Assembly (NCBI GenBank): GCA_963720265.1
Contig: CAVRET010000001.1
Span: 455,113-519,112, forward strand
Origin: an uncultured bacterium
Lineage (GTDB): Bacteria > Patescibacteriota > Saccharimonadia > UBA4664
DNA: 64,000 nt
Direction: 5' to 3'
A program made the translations under genes and the position numbers. Positions 28,538-38,414 of this stretch are shown one piece after another (position 1 is the stretch's first letter; each line of letters opens with the position of its first letter). The notes under the pieces were generated by a model. That model saw only the letters and a program-made list of their open reading frames with translations. It made no database searches and had not been told where the DNA came from.

Positions 28538-29173
28538 TTACGACTGGACGGCTTTGCCTTCACCGGGTTCGGCGCGGTCTAAGCCTTCAGCGATTTCTTC
28601 CTCGGCCGGCTCTTGGGTCTGACCGGATTCGTGCTCGCCGGACTCGTCGGTATCGATTTCATCGTGATCCTCGTCCGCGTCGGCGGCCTCCCCGTTTTCC
28701 TCTTTTTCGACTTCGCTCAAAGGCTCGGCGTCGTTGAGGGCGTCTTCGTTCTCTTCGGCATCAATGGTTTCATCAGCGTCATCGGTCGCGACCGCAGAAG
28801 CCGAAACATCATTGGCGGCGGCGCGATCAAACGCAACTTCCTGCAGGCGGGCAGACTTGCCACGGCGCTCGCGGAGGAAGCTTAAGAAATTACGGCGGAC
28901 CCTGGCCCGGCGCATAATCTGGACCTGCAGCACATTAGGCGAATGGAGCAAAAAGGTTTTCTCCACGCCCACACCTGAAGCAATGCGGCGCACGGTAATG
29001 CAGGCCGACACCTCGTTCATACGGTGGCGGCGGATCACCACACCTTCGAAGACCTGGGTGCGCTGCTTGTTTCCTTCCACGATACGCTGATGAACGCGCA
29101 CGGTGTCACCGCTTTGGACTTTGGCCAGAGCGGGCTTGCGGTAGCGCTGTTCAAGTTGTGCCATCGGTGTCAT
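28538..29173 (-). CDS. rplS: 50S ribosomal protein L19 with ~95-aa acidic C-terminal extension
   Basis: N-terminal ~115 aa is canonical L19 (MTPMAQLEQRYRKP...VGVEKTFLLHSPNV...RRAR). The C-terminal tail is D/E-rich (DDADETIDAEENEDALNDAEPLSEVEKEENGEAADADEDHDEIDTDESGEHESG...). Confidence 0.85.
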   Translation of the reverse strand: MTPMAQLEQRYRKPALAKVQSGDTVRVHQRIVEGNKQRTQVFEGVVIRRHRMNEVSACITVRRIASGVGVEKTFLLHSPNVLQVQIMRRARVRRNFLSFLRERRGKSARLQEVAFDRAAANDVSASAVATDDADETIDAEENEDALNDAEPLSEVEKEENGEAADADEDHDEIDTDESGEHESGQTQEPAEEEIAEGLDRAEPGEGKAVQS

Positions 29174-29249
29174 AACCTCAGTAGGTTAGCATAATTCCTG
29201 ATAATGGGCAATAGGCTAGGCGGCCGGGGCACATGCACCCGGCCGCCTG

Positions 29250-30026
29250 TCAATTGACGCATTTCCCGGCCCCTGATTGCTTTACCACGGCAGTGACGAA
29301 GTGCGACATTCTGAGCGTACCGCCGTGCCAGATTAGGTTGTCGATGTCCCCGGGCTTAAAGGCCTTGACCGCTTGGGTCGACGAGCCGTATACCGTGTTG
29401 CCGATGCGGAGCGGATCCAGAACGAACAGCCCCTTAGAGGTGTCGATTTCGCCAATAGGGTCACCCCAGTCATCTTCGCCAACGTAGGCCTTGCAGACCA
29501 CTACACTTAGGGCGGTATGCGGGTGCGTGTTGGCCCAGTGCCATTGCGAGATACCCAACCCGATCGCGGACAGTACAATGGCTGTCGGGACGAGCCAGGC
29601 AAGGGTACCGATAACGCCCGCCATCACTTCCTGGAGCCGACGCCTGACAATATGCTCGGCCTTTCTGGCCGCAGCCTTCGCGGCGCCATCGGCGCGCGCA
29701 GCTTGAATTTTGCGCTCGGCCTCGATAATCAAGGCGGTGATCTCGGGGACCGCGGCTGCGGCGGCCTGGACTTGCGCTTCATCACGCCGCGCTGCCCGGT
29801 TGAGGGCAGCCTGCTTGCGCCTGAGCGCTTGCTTTAGACTGCCGGCCTCGAGTGCGTCGTCGCGCTTTCGGCGTTCGGCCAGAAATTTGCGGCCGTCGAT
29901 GGCAGCCTTCACTCTGACCTCGATATAGCTGCCAAAGAGCTTGCGAAACCGCCAAGCAACTGCCATTAGAGTGACTGCCAGAACGCTGAGCGGTACTCCT
30001 ATGAGCGGGTCACCGGCTATGCCCAT
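29250..30026 (-). CDS. Hypothetical membrane protein with central Ala/Arg-rich coiled-coil-like segment and conserved C-terminal domain
   Basis: 258 aa; two predicted TM helices flank the A/R/K/Q-rich helical region. A GC-rich hairpin (29219-29248) follows the stop. Confidence 0.45.
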   Translation of the reverse strand: MGIAGDPLIGVPLSVLAVTLMAVAWRFRKLFGSYIEVRVKAAIDGRKFLAERRKRDDALEAGSLKQALRRKQAALNRAARRDEAQVQAAAAAVPEITALIIEAERKIQAARADGAAKAAARKAEHIVRRRLQEVMAGVIGTLAWLVPTAIVLSAIGLGISQWHWANTHPHTALSVVVCKAYVGEDDWGDPIGEIDTSKGLFVLDPLRIGNTVYGSSTQAVKAFKPGDIDNLIWHGGTLRMSHFVTAVVKQSGAGKCVN

Positions 30027-30195
30027 TGCGCCTCCCCTCGTGGACGGGTGCGGTTGCGTGATAGCTATTATAATTGCCCAACTTGCGACCGGCTAGCGCT
30101 GCCCGATTTCGTCTTTAAACGAGAAACGACTCGGGCAAGATGCCCAAGCCGCTTGAGCCGACGGCCGTGGTGCCGCCGGCTGTGCAGCACACGTG

Positions 30196-30753
30196 CTACC
30201 TTCTTCTCCTAAGTCCAACAATGAAAGCCACCCACATGACGGTATATACCAGAACATAGCCGGAATTACCGTTTTGACTGGGCTGTAGCATAGCGCCATA
30301 CACAAGCATGGATATGACGCCCCCGACGAGGACACTCCCGATCAGGACCGTGGCGGCCGCTCTGACCAGTTCGCTTGATCCTCGGGTTGTTACGGCCATA
30401 CCGGGTGCAGCCATTGCAGGTACTGCAGCACTTGAGGCTGGTGGAATCAGGTCCGGGCACAACCGAGCCGTTAGATCTCGGAGAAGCAAGGAGCTCAGAT
30501 CCTCGCGTGTCGCGCTTCGAATTATGCGCACAGCTGAATTGAGTTCGCGCACGGCGCCAGCATCGTCGCTATCCCTATGGGCGAAGTCGGCGGCGCGCAG
30601 GAACGCCTCAACCTGCTCGAGATCTTTGCCATACAGCATTCTGTCGGGCGGCCTGTCGTCGGCCTTGAGGGTTTTGATACCCGCCTCAATGCCTTCCAGT
30701 ACGATCAGGATGCGCTGACCGTCGGTCTCGGCTATGGGACGATTGGTGGTCAC
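30196..30753 (-). CDS. Hypothetical protein with C-terminal transmembrane segments
   Basis: 185-aa ORF whose hydrophobic C-terminus is ...LIGSVLVGGVISMLVYGAMLQ...VMWVAFIVGLRRRR. Confidence 0.4.
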   Translation of the reverse strand: MTTNRPIAETDGQRILIVLEGIEAGIKTLKADDRPPDRMLYGKDLEQVEAFLRAADFAHRDSDDAGAVRELNSAVRIIRSATREDLSSLLLRDLTARLCPDLIPPASSAAVPAMAAPGMAVTTRGSSELVRAAATVLIGSVLVGGVISMLVYGAMLQPSQNGNSGYVLVYTVMWVAFIVGLRRRR

Positions 30754-30831
30754 TCAACATTCGCCTCGATCCGCGTAAAGGTGCTCGGTTAGGTTTCTAT
30801 ATTATGACTGAATTGTTACTACCTGTAAAGT

Positions 30832-33800
30832 CTAGGTACGAGAAATTTGGCTCTCACCAACGAGAGCTGCGAGTTGGCTTAGGAGCTCATCGGTGATGGT
30901 AATACGAAACGGCAGGCGGATTTTCTTGGGCTGGTCAGTCCCTAGTAAGAGGTAGGCCTGGTCCGGGCCGTCGTGGGCCGAGAGAATGCGCTTGAGCTCG
31001 TGTAGGAGCTCGGCGTTGTTAAGGTCGGCCAGGCGCAAGGTAATGATGCCGGGTGTGACCACCGTGCCAGGGGCAGGGGCGGGCGCAGGCTTTGGCAGCA
31101 TGGCCTTACGTGGCAGGTGAACGGACTCGGATGGGCTGCTGGTTTTGGGTGCAGGGCGCTGGGCAGCTTGGGCGCGCGCAAGATTGTAGTCGGCGATACG
31201 AGCTGAATCCACCATTACTTTGGGCTCTGAAGTGAGGCGGCCGTCGCGATCTTTGGCCGAGATCTTGCCAGCGGCAATAATGACGTTGTCGGTCTCATAG
31301 ACCTCCGGGGAAGCCTCATAGGCCTTGGGGAAGACAATGAGCTCGGTGACGCCGGATTTGTCTTCCAGGCCGACAAAAGCCATGGTGGCGCCGTTTTTGG
31401 TGGTGATTTTACGCACCATGGTAATAAGGCCACCGACGCGCACGACTTTGCCGTCGCCTTCAGGCGTGATGCGGCTTAAGGCCTGGGTTTGGCCGGATAG
31501 GTAGCTCTCGTAGTCGTCGAGCGGATGCCTGCTCAGGTAGAGGCCAAGCAATTCGCGTTCCCAGCCGAGTTGCTCGCGGTTTGAGGTGGGCTGGGGCGGC
31601 GAATCGAGGCGCAGGGCCGGGGCGCTGTCTTCGGCTCCCAGACTGCCAAAGATGTCAATCTGGCCGGACAGAGCGTTTTTTTGCGACTTGGCGGCATAGG
31701 CGGTAATGGTGTCGAGATTAAAGAGCAACTGGCCGCGGTCGTTTGCAATGAGATTGTCAAAGGCACCGCATTTGGCCAGGGATTCCCAAACTTTTTTGTT
31801 GCACTCACGGGCGCTGACCCGTTTGGCAAAATCTTCAACGCTAGTGAACCGGCCGTCCTCGCGGGCGAGCAGGATAGCTTCGATCGGTCCGGAGCCAATA
31901 TTTTTTACCGCTGACAGCCCAAACCGAATGCTGGTTTTATCCGGTGCAACAGAAAACTCAAGCACGGATTCGTTGACATCCGGCGGTAAGACCGTAATGC
32001 CCAGCCGCTGGCACTCGGCTACTTCAATAGCGATGCGGTCAATGTTGCCGTAGTCGCTGGTGAGCAATGCTGCCATAAAGGCTGAGGGGTAATGGGCCTT
32101 GAGGTAGGCAGTTTGGTAGGCGATAAGCGCGTAGCAGGCCGAGTGGGCCTTGTTGAAGCAGTAGGCGGCAAAGGCTTCGAGTTGCTCCCACAGCTCTTCC
32201 ATGAGCGCGCGGTCGGCACCCACGGTTTGAATGGCGCCCTCGATGAAGTCGTTTTTGATTTTGGCCATGAGCTTGGGGTCTTTCTTGCCAATGGCCTTGC
32301 GCAAGGTGTCGGCCTGGCCGCCGGTGAAGCCGCACATCTCCTTGGAGATCTGCATGACCTGTTCCTGGGTGACCATAACGCCGTAGGTGGACTTGAGGGC
32401 GTTTTCCATGGCCGGGTGGAGGTACTCGATTTTTTTGCGACCGTGCTTGCGCTCAATGAAGTCGTCAATCCACTGAATAGGACCGGGGCGGTAGAGCGCC
32501 ACCATGGAGATAATGTCATCGAACACCGTGGGCTCAAGTTCGCGCAAATAACGCTTCATCCCGGCTGATTCAACCTGGAACACGCCGGTGGTGTCGCCGC
32601 GCGACAGCAGCGCGAAGGTAGCGGCGTCATCGAGCGGGATGGTAGCGATATCAATGGTTTGGCCATAGACCTCGCGCACGAGCTTTAAGGTGTCATTGAT
32701 AATGGTGAGGTTAGACAGACCCAGGAAATCCATTTTGAGCAGGCCGAGTTCTTCGACCGCATGGAGTTCGAATTGCGTGCAAATGCCGCCTTTTTGGGCG
32801 CGCTGGAGCGGGGCATAGTTTACGACCGGTTCGGGCGCAATCACGACACCGGCGGCGTGAATGCCGTTTGAGCGAATCGTACCCTCGAGGCGGGTGGCCT
32901 GATCGATGAGAGTTTTGGCGCGGGGGTTGGTACCAGTATTCTTTAACCAGCTCGGGATCGGGCGTCTGCTCGCCGCCTTTACCTGGTTGAATACCAGCCG
33001 ACACGGCTAGCGGCACGTGGCGACCCTGGACCGGCATAGGCACGAGTTTGGCAATGCGGTCGACCTCGTCGTAGCTCATGCCCAGTACGCGGCCGGTGTC
33101 GCGCACCGAGTTTCTGGCCGCCATGGTGCCGAAGGTAATGATTTGCGCCACGCGTTCGGCACCATATTTCTCAGTTACATAATCGATAACCTCGCCGCGG
33201 CGAGTGTCTTGGATATCAATATCAATATCAGGCATGGAGACGCGGTCGGGGTTTAAGAAGCGCTCAAACAGCAAATCGTACTTAATGGGGTCGAGGTCGG
33301 TGATGTTCATAACGTAGGCCACAATGGAGCCGGCCGCACTCCCCGCCCTGGGCCGAAGATAATGCCCTGGTTTTTGCCCCAGTTTATGAAGTCGGCGGTA
33401 ATCAGGAAGTAGCCGTCGTATCCCATTTTGGCAATGACCCCGAGCTCGTATTCGAGCCGTTCGACGGCAGCGTGATCAACGAGTTTTCTGGCCTTGTCTT
33501 CCGTAATGTGAGCAATGTCTTCCTTGGGAATGCCGCCGTAGCGCCAGGCCAGGCCTTGCCAGCAGAGATGATGCAAGTATTCGCGCTCGGCTTTGAATTC
33601 CTTGGGGACCTCGAACGTAGGGATGAGAATGCGGCCGAGCTCGATCTCGACGTTGCAGCGCTCAGCGATTTTAACCGTATTTGCAAGTGCCTCAGGTACA
33701 TGGGCAAAGCGTTCAGCGATTTCCTCTGGGCTTGAGACATAGAGGTCCATTTCCATTTTCATGCGATTGGGGTCGGACAGCTCTTTGCCGGTCTGGACGC

Positions 33801-34524
33801 ACAGCAAAATCTCGTGAGCTTCGCGCTCCTCGGGACGCGAATAGTGCGAGTCGGCCGTGACGACAAGTGGAATGCCGGTTTTGCGTGAGAGCTCGATTTT
33901 GGCTGCATTAAGCTTTTTTTGCATATCCCATTGATGCTCGTGAGCCTGTAGCTCGAGGAAGTAATTACCCCGGCCGAAGGTTTCATCGTACCAGCGGGCG
34001 ACGTTTTCGGCCTCAGCCAGATTGCCGGATTCAATATGGCCAGCTACTTCTCCACCGGCACAGGCGGAGAGTGCAATGAGCCCTTCGTGATATTTAGCCA
34101 GCAGCTCACGGTCGACGCGCGGCTTGTAGTAGTAGCCTTCGAGCTGGGCAATGGTGACAAGCCGCATAAGGTTGTGGAAGCCGGCCGTTGTTTCGGCGAG
34201 CAGTATGAGGTGATAGGGGTTGGCATCCTGGCGCCCGGCTTTGTCGAGGTGGGTGCGCGGCGCCACGTAGGTTTCGACACCAATGATGGGTTTGATATCC
34301 CTTTTCCCCGCCTCTTTGTAAAACTCAATGGCGCCGGACAGCGTACCGTGGTCGGTGAGCGCCACGGCTGTCATGCCAAGCTCGGCCACGCGGTCGAGCA
34401 TGCGGGGGACTTTTTGCAGCCCGTCGAGGAGCGAGTAGTGGCTGTGGTTGTGTAAGTGGACAAATCCCGGCTTGGTACCGGCTTTTGGCACAACTTCAAC
34501 CTTCCCCTCGCTCACTTCGGGCAC
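30832..34524 (-). pseudogene. dnaE: DNA polymerase III alpha subunit DnaE, interrupted by two apparent frameshifts. One is a 1-nt deletion in the GPGRGSAAGS motif near 33329-33334. The other is a +1/-2 indel at a C5/G5 run near 32922-32932.
   Basis: Three consecutive ORFs (33307..34524 PHP domain; 32711..33322; 30832..32844) translate to contiguous DnaE sequence when frames are switched. The conserved GPGRGS reads GPGRG-V in frame, and [21 protein letters not shown] is encoded out of frame relative to the upstream EYW. Confidence 0.75.
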
Positions 34525-34630
34525 ACTTCCCTCCTCTGACGTTCACCTATAATTTTACCATGGCCGGCACTCCCCATTGTCCTTGACCTTAGTGTCGCAC
34601 TGTTTTATTCTTGCCTAACCCAATCGCCGA

Positions 34631-35251
34631 GTGTTTGGTGAGGCTAAGATGGATCTGGCTCCTTATGTGCGATACGAGCTGATTCCTTGGCTCGAGACCG
34701 CACTCATTGGCGCAGTTGGACTAGGCGCCGGTATCTGGTTTTTCATAACCGACAAGCATCAGAAGCAGCACATCACAAGTCTGAGCAGTGACAGAATCAA
34801 CTTGGAGGTTCGGCTCCACTGGAGAGATTACCTGTGGCCCGCGGCGATTGACGCGTGCGTTGCGTCTCCGTGCCTGGAGGGGGTCGCGTTCAGGTCGATT
34901 CCGGCAATATTTGTGCAGACCCACCAGTTTCGGTGGGCACTGGCAACCGGGCTAGGTCTGTTCTTTCTCTATCTGAGCTGGAACCGGGATTGCCGTCAGA
35001 GCGCGCATTTCAGCCGCACTGCCGCGTTGCTTGGGCTCATCACGCTCGCGGCGACACTCGAGACCGGGCTTTTGATCTCGGGCGTTGCGGTTGGCGCGCT
35101 GTACTACCTGGTCCCAACCTGGAAAGAATGGCGCAAGGCAAAACTTGCGTCGTCGAACCAGATTCGCCCGGTATGCCTGTGGCTGCGCGACATGAACGGC
35201 AAATACCATGGCGTCCTACTCGGCGGAGACTCCGAAAGACCGGGAGAGTAG
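34631..35251 (+). CDS. Hypothetical polytopic membrane protein
   Basis: 206-aa ORF with several hydrophobic helices. Confidence 0.35.
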   Translation: MFGEAKMDLAPYVRYELIPWLETALIGAVGLGAGIWFFITDKHQKQHITSLSSDRINLEVRLHWRDYLWPAAIDACVASPCLEGVAFRSIPAIFVQTHQFRWALATGLGLFFLYLSWNRDCRQSAHFSRTAALLGLITLAATLETGLLISGVAVGALYYLVPTWKEWRKAKLASSNQIRPVCLWLRDMNGKYHGVLLGGDSERPGE

Positions 35252-35330
35252 AAAAATGGAGGCCGTCAGGCACGGGGATTACCGCCGCCTGGCGGCCCTC
35301 GTGCTGTTTACGGCCGGGCGATGCGGCCAA

Positions 35331-35960
35331 CTAGTTATTGAGCGGGGTAAAGCTTAGCAGATAGGTCTTACCAACGCCTACAGCCGCGGCCGTACAATCG
35401 GCCTCCAATTGATAGTAGCGGCCATTTGCAACGGCGAAAAGCTCCTGCGTGGCGGCATCGGTGTGCTCAATGACGGTGGCACCGTGTACGTTAATGACTG
35501 GATCTTGGTTGTCATTCGAGATCGTGCGCAGCCAGGCTTCCGCGCTGCTTATGCGCGTGGGATTAGGAATGAGACCGTCGAACGCCTGTATGCCGCAGCT
35601 CACGAGTCCGGAGGCAGACGATGGGCCGGCGTCGGTGAGCGTGGTGTTACACTCGACCGAGGTGTAGCCGACGTCGCTTGCGCCGCCGATTGATTCGAGC
35701 AGGCCGTAGGCGTTTTGCTGTGGCGTCGCGATCGTGTTTTGGCACGGCAGGTTCACTTCGAAGCCCTGGCCTGCTATCACATCCTCGTGCCACGGTGACG
35801 GCGCCGGAGCTGACGTCTGACCCGCGGTCGTACGGCTTGCGAGTTTTGCCCCGGTAAAGGGGTGAGTTAAGACATAGCCAGCGCAAATGGCTGCCGTTAC
35901 GACAATGGCAGCAATCAGGGCCTTCGTTATACCGTTCGATTTTCGGCTTTTTGAAGTCAT
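35331..35960 (-). CDS. Hypothetical secreted or membrane-anchored protein
   Basis: N-terminal TM/signal anchor (ALIAAIVVTAAICAGYV), Cys-containing extracytoplasmic domain. Start set at MTSKSRKS. Confidence 0.4.
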   Translation of the reverse strand: MTSKSRKSNGITKALIAAIVVTAAICAGYVLTHPFTGAKLASRTTAGQTSAPAPSPWHEDVIAGQGFEVNLPCQNTIATPQQNAYGLLESIGGASDVGYTSVECNTTLTDAGPSSASGLVSCGIQAFDGLIPNPTRISSAEAWLRTISNDNQDPVINVHGATVIEHTDAATQELFAVANGRYYQLEADCTAAAVGVGKTYLLSFTPLNN

Positions 35961-36009
35961 CGGCAGATTATGCCAAGAACGAGGGCAGAAATCAAGTCGC
36001 ACCGTTTGC

Positions 36010-36324
36010 TCAGGGCTGGTGGTTGTGCGTCGTGTAACCCTCGATCGTTTGGCCGGCCTGGGTGAACCAATGGCCGATCATGGGAATGTGGCCGAGCGCA
36101 ACGAGCAGCGCCACCAGTAAGGCGGCGCCGATGGTCGCCCCCACAACCCCGCCAAGCCCGGCAAAGACCCCGCGGATGAACGAACTCCAGACTTGGCGGC
36201 GTGTATTGTGCAGCAGCGCTACGTATTCTTTAACCAGCGCTTCTTCGACAGCCCGGCCGAGACGCTCATAATTGGCGGCTTCAGACTTGGCGACCTCTGT
36301 CTTTGCGGCCGGCTTCGCGTCCAC
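36010..36324 (-). CDS. Small membrane protein (104 aa), stress-protein-like
   Basis: Charged N-terminus then a Gly/Ala-rich TM segment. First of three small genes in tandem. Confidence 0.4.
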   Translation of the reverse strand: MDAKPAAKTEVAKSEAANYERLGRAVEEALVKEYVALLHNTRRQVWSSFIRGVFAGLGGVVGATIGAALLVALLVALGHIPMIGHWFTQAGQTIEGYTTHNHQP

Positions 36325-36326
36325 GA

Positions 36327-36827
36327 TTAGCTTTTGTCGTCACTCGAGAATTTTTGACCGGCTGAGCGGGCGAGATGGCGGGTAGTGCGTTCAAGCTCAG
36401 ACATGACGTCGGCGCCTTCGGCCAGCAATTGCTTCACCTGCTTGAGTGCAAGGTCCTTGGTTTGGGCACCGCTGGCGGCGAGGTTGGAAGCGGAGATGCG
36501 CAGGTCTTGTTTCAAAATTTCCGCCCGGCGGATGAGTTCCTGGCTTTCTTCTCTAGCTTCGCCGGTGAGTTCTTTGGCAGCCTCGCGCAAGCTATCAACC
36601 CGACCGCTCATTTCATCGCTCATGTTCTCGAGCCGGATCATAAAGTCCTTATATGTACCTTTGACTTTGCCCTTAATGTCGGCGCGGGTTTCCTTGCCGC
36701 TCTTGGGAGCGAGCAGGACACCGGCAGCGGCGCCGACTAAAGCCCCGATTAATGTCCCCCTCCAAAACGATCGTCTCATAGCATTTATCCTTTCCTTGTT
36801 GTCGTCGTCATTACTCATCTGACCCAT
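36327..36827 (-). CDS. YtxH-like (DUF948-type) general stress protein
   Basis: N-terminal TM (LIGALVGAAAGVLLAPKSGKETR) followed by a long amphipathic helical region. Start placed at an internal Met. Confidence 0.45.
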   Translation of the reverse strand: MGQMSNDDDNKERINAMRRSFWRGTLIGALVGAAAGVLLAPKSGKETRADIKGKVKGTYKDFMIRLENMSDEMSGRVDSLREAAKELTGEAREESQELIRRAEILKQDLRISASNLAASGAQTKDLALKQVKQLLAEGADVMSELERTTRHLARSAGQKFSSDDKS

Positions 36828-37089
36828 GCTTTCTCTCCTTCTTTGGCTTGCCGACAAACCGCCTGACCAACGCCGCCATAATCGACGACGCGGCCACGGG
36901 GGCAAGTCGCTGTGAAATAGTGGCGGCAAGATCGGAGATGTTCTCGGTCGCACGCTCCGCGCGCTGGGCGACTCGGCGCACGTTCTGAACCACAGCAATA
37001 AGCAGGCTTACGAGCACGATACTGAGTATTAGTAGGACAATCATGCCTACCGATAACAGGATTACCAAGGTCTGATCGACTGACGTCAC
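36811..37089 (-). CDS. DUF948-like small membrane protein
   Basis: N-terminal TM helix and a charged helical tail (VQNVRRVAQRAERATENISDLAATISQR). Confidence 0.4.
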   Translation of the reverse strand: MTSVDQTLVILLSVGMIVLLILSIVLVSLLIAVVQNVRRVAQRAERATENISDLAATISQRLAPVAASSIMAALVRRFVGKPKKERKHGSDE

Positions 37090-37159
37090 CTAGTTCATCT
37101 GCCTCTTGTTACTTCTTCTAAAATACTTGTTCATTTTAGCAGGCGCAAGGCACCCGTGG

Positions 37160-37819
37160 TCATTGGTCGTTTTCACGAGAGGTTAATTCACGGCGAGCAG
37201 CACGCTTGGTGGCAGCGGCAGCGGTAGCGGCTTTGGCGGCGCGTTTGGCAACTTTGGCTACCCTCTTCATTGGGCTGACATCATGTGAGCGGCGGATAAC
37301 CACCCATTCTTTGCGCTCGATGACCGAGTTGGGAATGACGTGCAACACACCTTTGTCGTCGCGTAGACGGGTGCGACGGGCGTCCATGTGGGCAATAACG
37401 CCAAGCGTAGGCGTTTCGCCGGCAATGACTTCGTCCCCAATGTTGAAATCGGGATCTCTGGCCAGGAAAATGCCGGCTATGATATCGGAGACAAGCGTGG
37501 AGCCACCGGCCGCCATGGCGAGACCTAATGCTGCCACCGAGCCGGTGAAGAAGTAGATAACACCAGAAAAGCCAAGCTCACCCAGCAAGGCAATAGACAG
37601 GAAGATCCACATCACGGTTTCGATAATACCGGCCAGTACATCGCGCAGACCCGGCGGCATGTGGGTGAGCCGCATCATGAGCTTAAATACCCGGATGGAC
37701 AGGCGAATGATGACAATGCCCAGGAGCAGATCAAAGAGCGTCGCCGGTAGACGTGGGGTAATATAATTGACCGCGTTAATAACGTGAGCGGTGAAGGTGG
37801 ACGAGAGTTGGAAATTCAT
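37160..37819 (-). CDS. Mechanosensitive ion channel family protein (MscS-like)
   Basis: TM helices followed by the MscS beta-domain signature (...DPDFNIGDEVIAGETPTLGVIAHMDARRTRLRDDKGVLHVIPNSVI...), basic C-terminus. Confidence 0.7.
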   Translation of the reverse strand: MNFQLSSTFTAHVINAVNYITPRLPATLFDLLLGIVIIRLSIRVFKLMMRLTHMPPGLRDVLAGIIETVMWIFLSIALLGELGFSGVIYFFTGSVAALGLAMAAGGSTLVSDIIAGIFLARDPDFNIGDEVIAGETPTLGVIAHMDARRTRLRDDKGVLHVIPNSVIERKEWVVIRRSHDVSPMKRVAKVAKRAAKAATAAAATKRAARRELTSRENDQ

Positions 37820-37910
37820 AAATACTAACGATTGCGCAATAAGCTTGCGGCTATTTTAGCACGAGCGGCTGAGTATTACTTGAGCTCACCTTTCATACGG
37901 CCTCGCCGGG

Positions 37911-38414
37911 TCATAAGAATAGTTCAACCCACTTGGGTGCACTGGGCGTATATTTTTCCGGATTATGGTCAAGCTCTTGCCGCAGCCGATCCCCAGGAAC
38001 CCAGGCTATTTGGGCCACTTCGGCTTCACGGATGGTGAATTTTTCCAGCGGCCAGTCGGACTCGGCCGTAAACCACTGGACAAAGAATTGGCGTCCGTCG
38101 TCGCCGTTTATGAGCACCTTTGGTCCAAGCTGAAAAATAGCGCCGGTGAGGCCAACTTCTTCCTCGGCCTCTTTGTAGATGTTTTGCTCGTACGTTTCCC
38201 CTGGCTCAACAGTACCGGCGGCGGCCGGGCCCCATTTCCCAGGGTTATTGCTTTTCGTGAAAGCGCGCCGCGCCATTAGAATTTCACCCTTGGAATTTGT
38301 GAGCCAGAGTGAGGCTACGCGGTAAACGTCGCCGTGCGTTAGCTCGCGGCGTGGCTTCGAGCCAATGACCTGATCATGTTCATCGACAGTTGTTGCGAGT
38401 TCGTCTGCCGCCAT
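37911..38414 (-). CDS. NUDIX hydrolase
   Basis: Nudix box GTVEPGETYEQNIYKEAEEEVGL; the last gene of the gat operon (shares the stop/start position with gatB). Confidence 0.7.
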   Translation of the reverse strand: MAADELATTVDEHDQVIGSKPRRELTHGDVYRVASLWLTNSKGEILMARRAFTKSNNPGKWGPAAAGTVEPGETYEQNIYKEAEEEVGLTGAIFQLGPKVLINGDDGRQFFVQWFTAESDWPLEKFTIREAEVAQIAWVPGDRLRQELDHNPEKYTPSAPKWVELFL

